Source of the DNA: Penicillus capitatus
Taxonomy: Eukaryota > Plantae > Chlorophyta
Assembly: GCA_965649825.1 (NCBI GenBank)
Contig: OZ287702.1
Span: 1,292,786 to 1,356,785 of the forward strand
Length of the DNA stretch: 64,000 bases
Direction: 5' to 3'
The notes below the pieces were generated by a model. It was not told where the DNA came from. It ran no database searches and saw nothing but the letters and a program-made list of their open reading frames with translations. This document shows positions 1 to 12,802 of the stretch, in pieces (position 1 is the stretch's first letter; each line of letters opens with the position of its first letter). The translations under genes were made by a program, and so were the position numbers.

Positions 1-1035
1 GTTCTCTTCTCAACTTTCGGAGCTGTGCTTTCAAAGATCCACCAACCATGTACTCAATGACGATGCCATGAACATTAACCCCACGGCAAACCCCAAAAAG
101 AGTGACAACACTGGGGTGTTTCAACATTGAAAGAGTCTTGGTTTCCTAGAGCAGTGACATCGGATGGTATGCACGATCGAGACAATGGCTCACTTGATGG
201 AGGGCTCTGTCTTTTTCATGTGGATCGTTGTGATAAAATTCCTTCATAGCAACATCGACACCATGCCATTTTGCTAGATATACACAACCCGATCCTCCAG
301 ACCCTAATTGCTTGACCTGTATGTACAGCCACACGATTGGAGTGAGAACTGAGTATGGATCGATGTTCACTTTCACGATCTCTTTCTCTCTGATTTCCTG
401 AATGGGAGTGAATTCTAACTGATCGATTGTCAATTCACTCGTGCTGGCTTCGCCTGGCAGCGGCGTCGCCTGATCAGATTCTTCTGGCAGCTTCGAAGGC
501 ATGTCCATTGTGTCTGGTGTGGTGACACGTTTCCTTTCTACAAACCACCGCAATTGCCTTCCAACATCCAAAACGAGTTCTGCGTACCGATGCGATCATA
601 GATTCCTTTTCTACCATCGTATCCGTCTTTACGGTGGAATTCTGGAAACTACAAGAAGCAGATGTGAAATTGTTTACATCAGCGAACGAGTCTAAAGGAT
701 TTGTGCACAAGAAGATTTACTTCTCGATCTTTCACCTCCATTTGAGTCTCCAACAGTTGCTTCAATTTGTCGCGGAACTCCTTGAAATCTTCTGGATAAT
801 CATCTGGGGAGGGATCAGGATTTTCAGAATATGTTTCTTCTTCATCTTGATCATCATGTGCTTGCTCATCATGAGGCGAAAGAGGCTTCGGTGCTTGTGA
901 TAGAACCCCTGGCTCTCTGGATTCGATGGGTGCGGTGATCGCATGAGATTCGCCTTCGAGTGACTGTACTGTTTCAGTACCTGCCTGAACGTGAAACAAC
1001 AAACGTCCGCTTGTCAATTCTCTTCGCAGCAGCAT
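1..1035 (-). CDS. TKL/Raf-like protein kinase, multi-exon; 3' part runs off the left edge, true start upstream of 1035 uncertain
   Basis: Gly-loop LGSGGSGCVYLAKWHGVDVAMKEF in ORF 146-571; next exon (1-145) translates to LSMLKHPSVVTLFGVCRG..IVIEYMVGGSL (subdomains III-V). Confidence 0.85.
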
Positions 1036-1600
1036 TCAAGCCCTCACTCCTTCGCGTGTGGAGGACGTGCCGTGTCCACCTGAGCCGCGTTGTGAGACCG
1101 TCGGAGGCTCTTCGCTTTCTCTCACTGTCCCTGACGTTTCGGCCTGTGGCTGCGGCTCTGTAGTCTGTCCACAACGCTTCAATGACGTGCCTTCCAATAT
1201 ATATCTCCTACCCTGTGCGCGTCACGAAATTTTCGTCCGCGGTTGGAGATGGCTTTTCGAAGCGAGGTTTTCCTCCGCGTTTGCGGTTGGATAGTATCTT
1301 CTGGGTTGCTGAAGCACCCACCCTGCAGACAGAAGTGTTTTTTAGTGGATTTTTATTTCTTTATAGAACGGTCGACGGACGGCGTTGGTTAGTCCGTTAC
1401 CATGATAAGCGTTTCACTTGTTCAAGAATACTTCTCGTCAGAGCCGAGTCGATTGCATTTAGGAGGACAACGTCGTTTTGGGAAACACACAGCACATCCG
1501 TTTTACTTTCAACTTTACAAGACGAGTTGTTTTCGTTGAAATACACGAACAGGGATGCCCCCCAACCGACAGTCAAGATTTGAAGAATCTGATTGCTCAT

Positions 1601-2739
1601 TTATGAAACGTCTGATGCCGCTCTTCCCAAAAAATAGATCTCGGGGATTCCTAAAGCGATTGCCAAGACAACGGGCGTTCGTCCTTTTGCATCGGAGGCA
1701 TGAGGGTCAGCTCCACAATCGATCAGCAACCGCGAGGATGGCAGGTGCTGACCCATAACGGCAGCATGAAGTGGAGTCAATTTTTGCTTATCTGTCAGCG
1801 TTGCATCTGCCCCACGATTCAGAAGACTGAAAACACACTCAGCCATGACCATGACCCTGAGAGATAGACGCCTTACGAGGTTAACAATATGTCATTGCCC
1901 TTGGAGGCTGCCTCGAACAAAGGTGACCGACCTTCGTTATTGATACAGTTCACGTCGGTCTCGAGCTCGAGCAGATACTCGACCACCTCAGTCTTTTCTT
2001 TCTGCAGGGCCACATGCAGCGGCGTGTTTCCAGCGACGTCCTGGCATTCTGGATTCGCTCCGTACTTAAGTAAAGCCTTCATGGTTTCAACGTGCCCTTG
2101 CACAGCGGCAAGGGTAAAGGGCGTTCGATGGCGTTGGTCTTGGGCATGGACGTCGAATCCAGCTTCGATCAACAGCGTCGCAACATCGGTGTATCCACGT
2201 GCCGCTGCTGCATGGAGTGCATTCTCCCCACGTACATCTGCCTCTTTTAATGAGCAACCACGGTTGAGGTACAGAGCCGCGACGTCGAGGTGGCCATACG
2301 TGGCCGCTATGAACAGCGACGTGCGTTTCTTGTCCGTCAAGGCAAAGAGGTCGGCCTTATTCTTCAGAAGAATCTCAGCGACACTCAGTGAGCCGCAGAC
2401 CGAGGCTGCGTGTAGAGGCGTCAAGCCACGATCGTCTGAGGTATTGGGATCCGCGCCGCGTTGCAGAAGGGCGTCCACTATTTCGACATCTCCATTCGCA
2501 GCGGCAACGAACAATGGCGTTCTCTTGCGGACATCTGCCAGTTGAATATCCGCGTGTTCCTCAAGCAACATTCGAATGCCCTCGACAAAACCAGCTTCGG
2601 CAGCAATGTGGAGAGCAGTGCGTCCTTTGTTATCAGGGAGGTTCACGTAGGATACCGTCGCGTTGTGTAACGCGTTTTTCAAGGCGTCTGTATCGCCGTG
2701 CGTGACGGACCTGTGGAGTTCTGTCGTTGCATGCGGCAT
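1601..2739 (-). CDS. Ankyrin-repeat protein (about 10 repeats), at least 2 exons
   Basis: Repeated GxTPLHxAA motifs in ORFs 1873-2802 and 1601-1852, joined by a GTAAGG...TTTCAG intron; the C-terminal end is less certain. Confidence 0.9.
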
Positions 2740-2912
2740 CGTGGAAAAAGGGTCAGGAACAAAAAGAAACGAAACGGGAAGGAATATGAAGATGGGGACC
2801 AAACCGCCTTTCCTTTATCCGCGACTCAATGCTTAACAAAGAGCTCAGCTTGACGAAACGCCATCCATTCACAGGAAATGCGCATCATCAGACAACCACA
2901 GTCCATCCGCGA

Positions 2913-4520
2913 TTAAACGGCCTCGTCCGAGTCCGGGTCGCCTGTGCCTGTAGCAAAGGTCCAGTGCGTTGTAAAGACGGGTCGGATGCTGCTAGACCTG
3001 CGAAGGGAACGGCTTTCGCGGCAAAGTGCAGACTCTGCCTCCTCCTCTGCCGCCTTTGTATCATCATTACCCCTTAGGTCTTCGCAACACCCTCTTCCTC
3101 GTTTTGTTGGCTTTTTGCGAGGATCGGTCCCAAAACTATCTGTTGACAACACATCCCCTCAGCAGACACTCTCTTTCAAGGGAAGATGTCTTGTACGGCA
3201 ACAGCACTGTGTCATTCATGTGAATGATGGAATGGATGCCAAAGGTGTCGTCAAGGTGACATGACAGTGATATCTCGACTTCATTGTTGACATCGACGAC
3301 GATGGAAAATGGATTGCCCAGATTGGCGATGTCGATTGGCAGATCTGTCTCGTTGGCTGCGGATCAGGATTTCCGCCGTCATCTCGGGTTTGCTCTGGGT
3401 CATCGTGGTAGCAACGGTCACCGTGTGGTGAGACACATGCCAATGTCTGATTGGGAACGCGTTCACCGAATCCAACGCATTGGGACACAGCGACGAACGA
3501 AAAGCGGCATCACTCGTTGCGGGCATCGTTACAGGCATTAACTCGTCTGTCACGATCAAAGGAGGACTGACTGATGGAGTGGCTTGTTACCAGATCGTCA
3601 GCTGCGGAGGGCTTACTGCTCCGGATCTAATTGAAATCTCGACATCCTTCTCGGCAGACGCGTCACCGTCACTTGTCACATCGTCTTTCTTTTCATCAGA
3701 AAAAGCCGATCTGAATGACAAGACTGTGCAAGAGATCGATGTCTGTCTGTGCAGCAGAAGCGACGCTTCTCATACAGATTCTTGCCTTGGTCTACTTTGA
3801 TCACCACCACTGTTCCATTCCACATCACGACCATCGTCTAGGACATCTTTATTACTGCTACCCACTTTTCTCCACGAATCATGTCGCATATTCCTTATTG
3901 GAGTACATACTGTGAAAGATAGAGCATTATGCAAAACAGCAAACGTGCACAACGCATCGTCCTGACGAATGGTAAAGAAGACTTCGAGTGTTTCTCGCCG
4001 ATAGAGCACCGCGTTCCTCACGATGACGCATCTTCATTGTCCAGCAGCGACTCTGCGACGGGTATGCACTCGCAACTGTTGTCGGTAATGAGAGCTCGGC
4101 AGCAGAGGCGTTCGCCTGGCTGCATGACAGCTACTTGCCCGTCAAATTGCGTCGAGACATTCTGTGGAGCTGCTCATATGGGTTCCCTTCCAACCTGCGA
4201 GGGCAGGTACGTCTGAAAGGTCCTTGATCTCTTGGACGATGGCCCTTTGCAGTAGCACGTCATCGCATCATCTGTCTCAGGCACTGCCGTTCTGGATGAC
4301 GGGCAACTCGTTTGTCCACTGCATCACGCTTCGCGCTAGTTCGCGTAATCGCGGACGAGGCACATCTGTTTTTTCTTGATCCGACAACTACTCGGCTCCA
4401 CATGCGTTGCAGGAGTAGAAGTAAAATCCTATTATCCATTTTGCTTGCACGGACCAACCTAACGACAGCTATATGTCACACTTACTTTTCTCATCGTATT
4501 CCTCAACAGTCGCTTTTCCT
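2913..4520 (-). CDS. Candidate multi-exon gene of unknown function
   Basis: Protein-like minus-strand segments (KATVEEYDEKSWSVQAKW, DLPIDIANLGNPFSIVVDVNNEVEISL, RGRGCCEDLRG) separated by plausible short GT-AG introns; no family recognised; boundaries approximate. Confidence 0.35.
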
Positions 4521-4982
4521 TACGTGTTCCTGCAGCTTTTAGTCTGTCAGGTGAACTGCCTTCCGTCTCAGCAGTGACACCTCTAAGCAGCGAGATCGAC
4601 ATTGTCCTGCGTTGCATTCACATGCAGAGATACGCATAAATGTGTCACAAAGAGAGAAGGCAGTACAAACCACCTTCAGCGTTTCATCATCTGTTTAGGG
4701 AAGCGTTTCTCGTGACAACGTGCGAAAAGCAGGGAGACAGATCAGGCACAAGATCTTCGAGGCGGTCTATCTATGCATGACCGCATGGCGATGGGACGTT
4801 TACGAGGACATTTGCGTTTGATCAAACATGGAACAAATGATGGATGGCATTTCACAAGGATAGAATGTGTCTGTCACATACTACGGCGGCTGATTGCATA
4901 TTGGGTACAAAAAAGTTGCCTCGGTGAGTCCTCGCGTCAAGTGTTCTCGAAGAATATGGATTCAGTAACGAACAGAATTTGC

Positions 4983-7259
4983 CTAAGATCGGCCAAAGGG
5001 TTTGAATCCATACCATCCAGTGCTCTGTGGAGGCTTGGGCTGTTGCGTCTTATTGCTGGATTGCTGCGCATGCAATGCTGCACTGCCGCCATTTGGTGCT
5101 CCACTTTGGGGAGCCGCTTGGGAACGACTGGCAGCTGTCGATGCGATGGAAGGAGGGGGTGGACGTTTGGGTGCCACTGCCGGCGGATTGGTTCCGTTCT
5201 GCGCCGTCCGTTGCAAAGATCCACGTGATGTAACGCCAGGCTGAGCAGTGCCACCAGCAGCAGCAGGGGGCTGAGAACGTGCTGGCCCCTGAGGTGGGGC
5301 TTCCCGTCTCCTCTCAGGCGTCACGTTGCGTTTGCCTGTTGGCGGCTTGGGTTTATTGATGAACACGTAGACGCCTTCTTCATTCTTCTTTAGACGGGCA
5401 GTCAGTCCTGCTCTCTCGATGATAGAGACGTCGATTTTGGCCGTCGGAGATTGTCCCATAGAACGTTCTGCCTCTTTGAGTCTCTGCTGTGCCTTGCCGA
5501 TATCGCTCACCGTATCCTGCACCTGCCTTCTATGGCCAGCAATTCCTGCATCTTCTTCCAACAGCATATCTTTGTCTTCATCAGGCAGGCGTAGAATGTA
5601 TTCTTCAATTTTGGGACCAAGGCTTTCGGTCGATTTGTCTACCAACAAATGAACGATGACTTTGGGCACGGTCATCACTAAGGTATCGCAAGCCAATCGC
5701 GTATAGTCCTTCATATCTGTCGCATGTTGCACAAGAGCGTTCTCCATTGAGAGTTCTGCGTCGTCTTCGAGGAGGATTCCAGGAGATGGCAGCAAAGAGT
5801 TGTCCGCATCTCGACAGATCGGATCCCAGAAAACCGCTGATCCCAGCCCGTGTCCCTGACCTAGTCTCAGTCCAACATCCCCATCGGCACGTCCATGTCC
5901 TCTTTCCGTCTTCTCCTGCACAGCGGGAACACTCGTGTCAGTGGACTTCGGGGATTGAGGAAGGGCGCGAGTGGACCAAGCCGCCACTCTGGCTCCAGCT
6001 CTCGAATCTGAGATTGTGTTTCGCAAATAATTGAGCCATCTGTACTTATCTGCTGCATCTTCTGCACGCAGAATAAGATCTTTACTTTTCTTATAGATGG
6101 CCTTTTCCGGATCCTTATTCCGAAGGAAAATCAACAAAGAAATTTGCGTTTCCGCGTCCAAATGATCCGTTGATTTCGAGATGGTGCTTTGGGGAAGAAC
6201 CCCCTGGCCGTCTGTATCGGAGACGACACAATCGGCCAACTGAATGGCAACGCTCGGCATCGTGCCTTTCAGGAATGCCTCTTCGGAATGGTAGTACTCC
6301 AATGTCTTGGCATTGTCACGTACCCCAAAAAAACGGCGTTGCCATAGAGAACTCTCAAATTGCGTAAGCTTATTCCGAGAACGTGTGGACGATTTTTCGA
6401 GATAACCAGAAACACCAAAAACCGCGTCCGGACTGGAGTATACGTTAGGAATGGCATCACCCGGCAGAACGGGTGGCAGACTGACCTCAGTTTCCGCCAC
6501 GGATCGTGCGTCGTCCTCCTCTTCCTCCTCATCTTCCTCTCCAGTTTTTCGAGATTGGCGATTTGTGGCATCCCGTCGCTTCAGAGCCTCTTGTTGGTCT
6601 TGGATGCGTCTGAAGGTGAGATAACGAAAGAAACTGCAGGACACAAAACACTGCTCCATTTCCACCATACGTACCGCCATTTTCATGGCCTCCTCTTTTA
6701 ATTCCTCCAAACCGATGTTCGCCACGGGCAGTATCTGTTCGATGTAATGAGGAAATCGGACGACAGGTGGACCCCTTTCCAGAGCTGGCACTTGACAAGA
6801 CTCTTTTATGGCGCGGTCAGCAGCCATGGTCACAATTCCATGCACACTGTCGACCAAATCGCGGACAGGATTGGACAGGGACCCGATGGATTTCTCAAAG
6901 ATGGCTCGAAGACCGGCCTCGGGTGCGACGAGGTAAGGCTGATAACCGTCCGAAATTCGAAGCTCTTCCTTTACGCGAGCGATGTCGTTGTAGATATCTT
7001 CGAGTGGCAATCGGCGAACGTGTCCCGGAAAGCCATTGTCATCCACAAGCTCGTTCTTGATAGAATCCGACAATTCTGAACCGTCTTCGAGGAGAGCGCT
7101 CAGTTTGTCCGTAAAGGCACGTGTCTGTGCCATTAAATCGGAGAGCCCACGTGGCGGTGCATTGAGTGCTTCGAGCAGTTTCATGCAGTCCAGGCGTTTC
7201 TTCGTTAAGGCTCTTGATAAATCGCCCAGGCCTTCGGTGTTCACGTCAACGACAGACAT
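4983..7259 (-). CDS. DRP2-like dynamin-related protein (stalk-PH-GED-Pro-rich tail) lacking the N-terminal GTPase domain; single exon
   Basis: 758-aa ORF; SDGYQPYLVAPEAGLR and MAVRMVEMEQCFV match the plant DRP1/DRP2 middle domain; PH domain (WQRRFFGVRDNAKTLEYY..LILRAEDAADKYRW); GED (VPKVIVHLLV); Pro-rich C-terminus. Confidence 0.9.
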   Translation of the reverse strand: MSVVDVNTEGLGDLSRALTKKRLDCMKLLEALNAPPRGLSDLMAQTRAFTDKLSALLEDGSELSDSIKNELVDDNGFPGHVRRLPLEDIYNDIARVKEELRISDGYQPYLVAPEAGLRAIFEKSIGSLSNPVRDLVDSVHGIVTMAADRAIKESCQVPALERGPPVVRFPHYIEQILPVANIGLEELKEEAMKMAVRMVEMEQCFVSCSFFRYLTFRRIQDQQEALKRRDATNRQSRKTGEEDEEEEEDDARSVAETEVSLPPVLPGDAIPNVYSSPDAVFGVSGYLEKSSTRSRNKLTQFESSLWQRRFFGVRDNAKTLEYYHSEEAFLKGTMPSVAIQLADCVVSDTDGQGVLPQSTISKSTDHLDAETQISLLIFLRNKDPEKAIYKKSKDLILRAEDAADKYRWLNYLRNTISDSRAGARVAAWSTRALPQSPKSTDTSVPAVQEKTERGHGRADGDVGLRLGQGHGLGSAVFWDPICRDADNSLLPSPGILLEDDAELSMENALVQHATDMKDYTRLACDTLVMTVPKVIVHLLVDKSTESLGPKIEEYILRLPDEDKDMLLEEDAGIAGHRRQVQDTVSDIGKAQQRLKEAERSMGQSPTAKIDVSIIERAGLTARLKKNEEGVYVFINKPKPPTGKRNVTPERRREAPPQGPARSQPPAAAGGTAQPGVTSRGSLQRTAQNGTNPPAVAPKRPPPPSIASTAASRSQAAPQSGAPNGGSAALHAQQSSNKTQQPKPPQSTGWYGFKPFGRS

Positions 7260-7396
7260 TGTTCACGGTATGACAAATCGAATAATGACGATGCGTTGTA
7301 CTCGAGCGCACGAACGAACGAACGGGGTCTCATTGTTGGTACGTTCAGATCCTGTCAGCTAAGTGGACGGAAGGTCTATATATCTTTCCATACGTC

Positions 7397-8625
7397 ATGT
7401 TCACGACGCAAGGGCGATTTCAGGCCGTCTCAAACGTAACACAAGCTCGACAGAGTCCACCCCGACGGTCGAATAGACCACAGTGTCAGCCGCGGCTATT
7501 TGGGAAGCCCAGAAAACAGAATACGCACAACGCTTCGACGCTCGTACGGGTAAAACACGCAAAGGCGAACCGTCGCGAACTTCTTTCCTGTCCGCATGAA
7601 GAGAGCAGCGGTGCGACGCGAAGACGAACATGCCCCCGAAGAATACAGCCTCGCCGATTCGATGGATCAGTTGGAAATCGTGTCCAACTCTTCGACAACA
7701 TCCACTTCCGATCCAGATGTCGAAGCTTTGATGGAAATAAAGGTCCGTCGTCCGCTCTTCATTTTCCTTGCATCCAATGATGTGACGTCTTTGTTAGAAG
7801 AGCGAGGAAGTCGAGTTTCGGAGTGAAGTTGCTGCCGGCTGGATCGGAGCGGCCATGCTCTTCGGAGTCGGTATCTTCTATTTCTTCGGCCAGGAGAAGG
7901 CTGAAGAGTACTTTGCTGGATATCTCCTCGAACAGAGTCTCTCCGTCGACAATCTCTTTGTCTTCATTCTGGTCTTCAAATACTTTCGCACACCTCAGGA
8001 GTACCAGTCTAAAGTACTGACCTATGGCTTTATCACTGCAGGCGTGCTGCGCCTGATCATGGTCGTGATGGGTGTCGAAATCATCGAATACTTCCATCCC
8101 GTTTTACTCGTCTTTGCAGGACTGTTGGTCTATTCCAGTCTTCAACTCCTTCTGACAGATCCGAACGAAGACGAGGATCTCGGAGAGAACACCATTGTGC
8201 GTTTCTGCCGTCGTTTGATCTCCGTTTCCGATCACTACGATGGAAATCGCTTCTTCACTCAACAGAAAGGGATGATGGTGGCCACACCATTACTGTTAAC
8301 GCTTGCGGTTGTGGAACTGAGTGATGTCGTCTTTGCTGTCGATTCTGTTCCTGCAGTCTTTGGCATCACCCTCGATCCCTTCATTGTCTACACCTCGAAT
8401 CTCTTTGCCATTCTCAGTCTCAGATCGATCTATGGATTCGTTTCGATTGTGATGACTCAGCTACGGTTTCTAGACAAATCTGTTGCTGTTGTGTTAGGTT
8501 TTATTGGTCTAAAGATGGTAGGCGATTTTGGTGGATACCATCTAAGCACCGACCTTTCGTTGTTTATTGTTGCTTTTGTTCTGGGCAGCGGCGTGGCTGC
8601 AAGTACACTCTTTCCAGAAAAATGA
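7397..8625 (+). CDS. TERC: Thylakoid membrane TerC protein with probable transit peptide, about 3 exons
   Basis: YFAGYLLEQSLSVDNLFVFILVF and VELSDVVFAVDSVPAVFGIT are TerC signature motifs; Arg/Ser-rich N-terminus. Confidence 0.93.
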
Positions 8626-8970
8626 GATGCAGCGACTCATTCTTTGCACAATGCTGATCGACTTCGAGTCGGTTAACGGATGGTGTGTCATTAAGCGTTC
8701 CTAACGAGTGAGCGTGCTCAAGGCACGAGCTATTGCCAAAGACACGAGCGTGCATCATCTTTTTTCCTGAAATCGTCCTTGCATGTTGCTCGACTTCATA
8801 AGAACTCTTTCGCCTTGTCGCTTACGTATTGAACAGCTAGCCTTCGAAGTCGCACGCACCAGTCGAGTCGTACTTGCTAGCGACGACATTTCACAAGGCA
8901 GTGGCAGTATTCTGTTGAAACACACGGAAGTCGTTGACGCTGAGTAAATGCTGACCGGTTTCGTGCACCT

Positions 8971-11241
8971 ATGCCCATTCCACTCATTGCCCTTTTCCTA
9001 TTTGGATGGTCGTTTGTCGGAGGGTCCGTTGGCCAACCGACGCCAGGCAGCGATTCAACCATCCACATTGAATCATGCTTTGCCTTGCGGCATGAACTTG
9101 GAAGACCGGCTGGAAATGAAACATTAGTTTTGGCCCAGAATTTAACCTGCGGCGCCGATGAGTGGCCCTTTCCTGTAACCGTCAGGCAAGACAAGATTCT
9201 CCAAGGCGAACTCGGTGAACATGCCTGGACACTCGATCTCTCCAGTCTGAAAAAAGGCAGTGGCATCAAACTCGATTCTCATATCCATCTCACCCTGGAA
9301 CGTCTCGTTTTGCTCAACCGGCCAGAGGATGAAGAACAGCAATTCTCATCACTCTCGTACATACATCTCTCAGTCGGTGCAACCATTACCATCGCCCAAA
9401 GCTTCATCATCTACACCGATTGCAAACATGTTCGGCAGAAGTCTGATTTGATGACGACGAAGAGCACAGATGATCCGTATCATTTTTGCGGAACGCGGAA
9501 GCTCTGCCGACAACAGATCCATCGAAATCGACAGTACACGATCGACAAGAAGATGAAGAACAGTTGTTTGTCTGGGAATGGATTGGCAGCAGAACTGTTA
9601 CAAAAAGACGAGGCCAGGGATCAGCCAAAACGGCCAATAAACAGCCTTGCCGTGTTGATTGCCCTGTTGGTGCTACTCTCGGGATTTGTTGTGATGGGCG
9701 GCATCATTGTATGGATGTGTCGTTCAAAAGAGAGTTCCGCACGTGTGCTCGACACCTTTTTTCACCAGGATGAGAAATCCTTCACTGCCAGTGAGACGAC
9801 GGAAGTGGATTTCTCGATGTCATTGAGACTCGTTGCTTTCGATGATTTCTCTATCGATCTGGATCAACAACTCGGAGTAGGAGGATTTGGAACTGTTTAT
9901 GCAGGCAGATTTCAAGTAACGCCTGTGCTCTTCTTTCCTCTTCTCTACTCTATTGCCATTGACAGAACCAGAGAGCAGCCATCAAGGTTATCAAGTCCGC
10001 TGATGTCCCTGACGGACACGAAGCGTGTGAAGAAGCAAATCTCTCGATCGGGTTATCGCATCCAAATGTGATTAGATGCTACGCGACGAGGCACGTCAAG
10101 ATGAAAGACCTCTTTGGTGAGCAGCATCCCCAAGGCAAGGCACCTCCACACGACGCCTGACGATTGATCTGGCGGTCTTTGGCAGGAGATGACGACTGTA
10201 CACTGATATTCTTGGAGTACTGCGACAAAGGAGAGTTATCCAGAGCCATCGATCGAGGAGAGTATGTTCTGAATTTCGAATCCTTGCAGCCAAAGATGTG
10301 TTCCATCTTGCACTGTGCCCTCGATGTTGCCAAAGGACTGCAGTATCTCCACTCAAACAGCATTGTCCATGGAGATATCAAACCCGATAACATTCTTTTG
10401 AAGACCGATGAACTGGATCCTCGCGGCTACATTTGCAAAGTACACAGCCCTTTTCTCGTTCCTCTTCTAACAACAGGTCTTTCTGCAGATTTGCGATTTT
10501 GGGTTGAGTAAAAAACTGGAATCTACTGTGACACGATCGGACACATTGGGTATGATTTCTTACATGCCACCAGAGATGCTACGCAAGGGACGCATTGGGA
10601 GATTTACAGATGTGTATTCGTTCGGGATGTTGCTCTGGGAGATGGTCACTAGTGATGTGCCCTATTCCGAAGTGGACTACAATCAGATTCTTTCCGAAGC
10701 TGTCAATGGCAGGCGACCCGGGATTCCAGACACCACCCCAGCAACCATCAGAAGCCTAATCAAAGCATGCTGGATTTCTGACTATCACCGACGGCCAATC
10801 GCCACAGACATTGTTCGTCGTTTGCATCTGGCCCTGTCCGAGTGGTATTCATCGTTTCCGATGCATCCAGTGACAACTGCCATTCCACGATGGCTCAGAA
10901 CAGGCGGACGAAGGTCCGAACGCCATTCAATTCTTAACTCAACTGTATATGCCGAGTCGTTGTACTCGGATACTGCTCTCGAGGAACCAAGAGAAAGTCA
11001 CATACCTCAGAGTATCATCAAGAGCCATTCAACCTGTATCCATTCTGAATCCACAGGCCAAGATCTTTTGTTCTCTTTTGCGGGGCGGGCGGGAGCGACT
11101 TCCCTTGATTTGAATGACAACGGTGAACGGTGTTCGATTCCTTCTCGCTTGCCATCTCCGCATCCCACCATGAATGATGTGGACCATCCTCACTCCTCTC
11201 CAACCACGAACGTTTGTATGACGTCCATTCGAGTTGAATAG
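8971..11241 (+). CDS. Receptor-like TKL protein kinase (signal peptide, ectodomain, single TM, kinase), 4 exons
   Basis: Hydrophobic N-terminus; TM LAVLIALLVLLSGFVVMGGIIVW; LGVGGFGTVYAG, AAIKVIK, HGDIKPDNILL, ICDFGLS, YMPPE, DVYSFGMLLWEM across spliced exons. Confidence 0.9.
10135..10185 (+). other. GC-AG intron (51 nt) in the receptor-like kinase
   Basis: CCCCAAG|GCAAGG...TTTGGCAG|GA; removal restores QHPQGDDDCTLIFLEYCDKGEL and removes an in-frame TGA. Confidence 0.8.
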
Positions 11242-11914
11242 AACTGTCCCTCCCTAGCAGCACTTGGAAATAACAAGCAAACCAGAAGGACATGGACGAA
11301 TTCAGTTTCGTTGAGTGGGTAGTGAATGTCTCTTTCTGTGATTCCTTTGACCCCATACACCACGGCAACGATTTGATGGAACGGACATACCAGTAGAGCA
11401 GGCATGATGATGAGCCTTGTTTCTCACGCACTTGCGTCTCTAAGCTATGAAGAAGTCTAGGTCCCCTATATAGCTCTCCCCTGCATTGAAACGTTCTTCT
11501 GTGTCATAGTTCATCTGAACTCAACGTCGAGCTGAACCAAAACCACTTTTACTGTCCATGGGACTGGACTTATCTGCTACATTGTTCGGTTTGAGGATCT
11601 TGTCATCATCGTCATCATTTGTGAAGTTGATGGATTTCAAAAACTCAGTCAGAGAAATAAAGGACTTCATACACCTGACAGCCTCAATTCTGTTTTGTTT
11701 GTCTTTTAAGTGCTTCTTGTCCAAACCAGGCCACAAAGATGCTGTTGAAAATCTTATAAAGCGCTCGCATACCATCCAACCAAGTCCGTGCTCTATTTAT
11801 TGTCTATCCATAAGCTGACCGGACGGAATAGTGAACAATTCTCGAGCATATCATGAGACAAGGGGCTTAATCTTGCCAAATTGATGTTCTTTTCATAAAC
11901 AGAAGTTCCCTGGT

Positions 11915-12802
11915 TCAGCTGAGCGGGATCTTTCGGAACATGGACTCTGCACACTTGAGATATGCTTTCCAAACAGGATCGGAGAAAAGTACAAAGTGTA
12001 CTTCTTCAACATTTCCTGCATGTTTTTTTACGGCTTCGAGCGAAATCTGAAATGGGATGACTGCATCATCTGTCAACACAGATCTTAGAAGAGTATCACC
12101 TCGGCAGCTTTGTCGATCGGATAACCGTAGACTCCACAGCTGATGGCCGGAAAAGCAATGGAGTGGAAGCTTTCTTCGTTGGCCATTTTCAAACAGGCCC
12201 TACACAAAGGTCGATGATCATACAGGCCACATCGATCGCAGAAACGAACTCGTAGGTCTTTGTCAGTAGAGGACTCGAATCGGCATCGTTGGTGTAGACG
12301 GGGCCCACGGCATGGATCACATGCGATACAGGGAGACGAAATCCTCTAACTCCCAATCCAAACCAGGCAGAGACGAAAAGGACTTACTCCGTCAGACGTG
12401 CTTCGCCTGTCGGACACCTCACACCTGGACGCACTTCTTTCTGCTTTCTACACGCCTCCAGCAAAGCAGGCCCTGCAGCAGTATGGATAGCGCCGTCAAC
12501 GCCGCCGCCACCCAACATGGCCTCATTCGCTGGGAGAAGCAATGCTGCTTAAGGAGAGCAGTTGGCCGAACAGCGAAGAAACCTGCATTGACCATGACAT
12601 CTCCATGCCACTGAACAATGTTGCCCTTGAGCAGGTAAAGATCCGAGTTATTGTTCAGCATAAAGCACTGCGTGTCCTTCGGGTCCACTGCTGTGTCCAC
12701 TCCAAAGAAACGCTTTTCTTGACGGCTCATGACGGGACGAAGCCTTCGGAGCGGTCTCGATCGTTGAGAGATGCAGAATCGCGAGATCCGTTGAAGAAGC
12801 AT
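11915..12802 (-). CDS. Macrodomain protein (MacroD-type ADP-ribosylhydrolase) with organellar presequence-like N-terminus
   Basis: Spliced translation [61 protein letters not shown]; Arg-rich N-terminus [23 protein letters not shown]. Confidence 0.92.

Noticed and set aside
1397-1603. Read-through or fusion of the ankyrin gene into the downstream kinase (ANK-kinase)
   Set aside because: Several stops intervene and I could not construct a consistent splice path; RNA-seq would be needed.
1889-2545. 218-aa antisense ORF over the ankyrin gene (similar shadows at 30699-31286 and 27688-28362)
   Set aside because: Low-complexity Ser/Ala/Arg translations typical of antisense shadows.
11521-11860. 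Small minus-strand ORF downstream of the macrodomain gene
   Set aside because: No motif, AT-rich, and the upstream frames are closed; cannot be supported as a gene.
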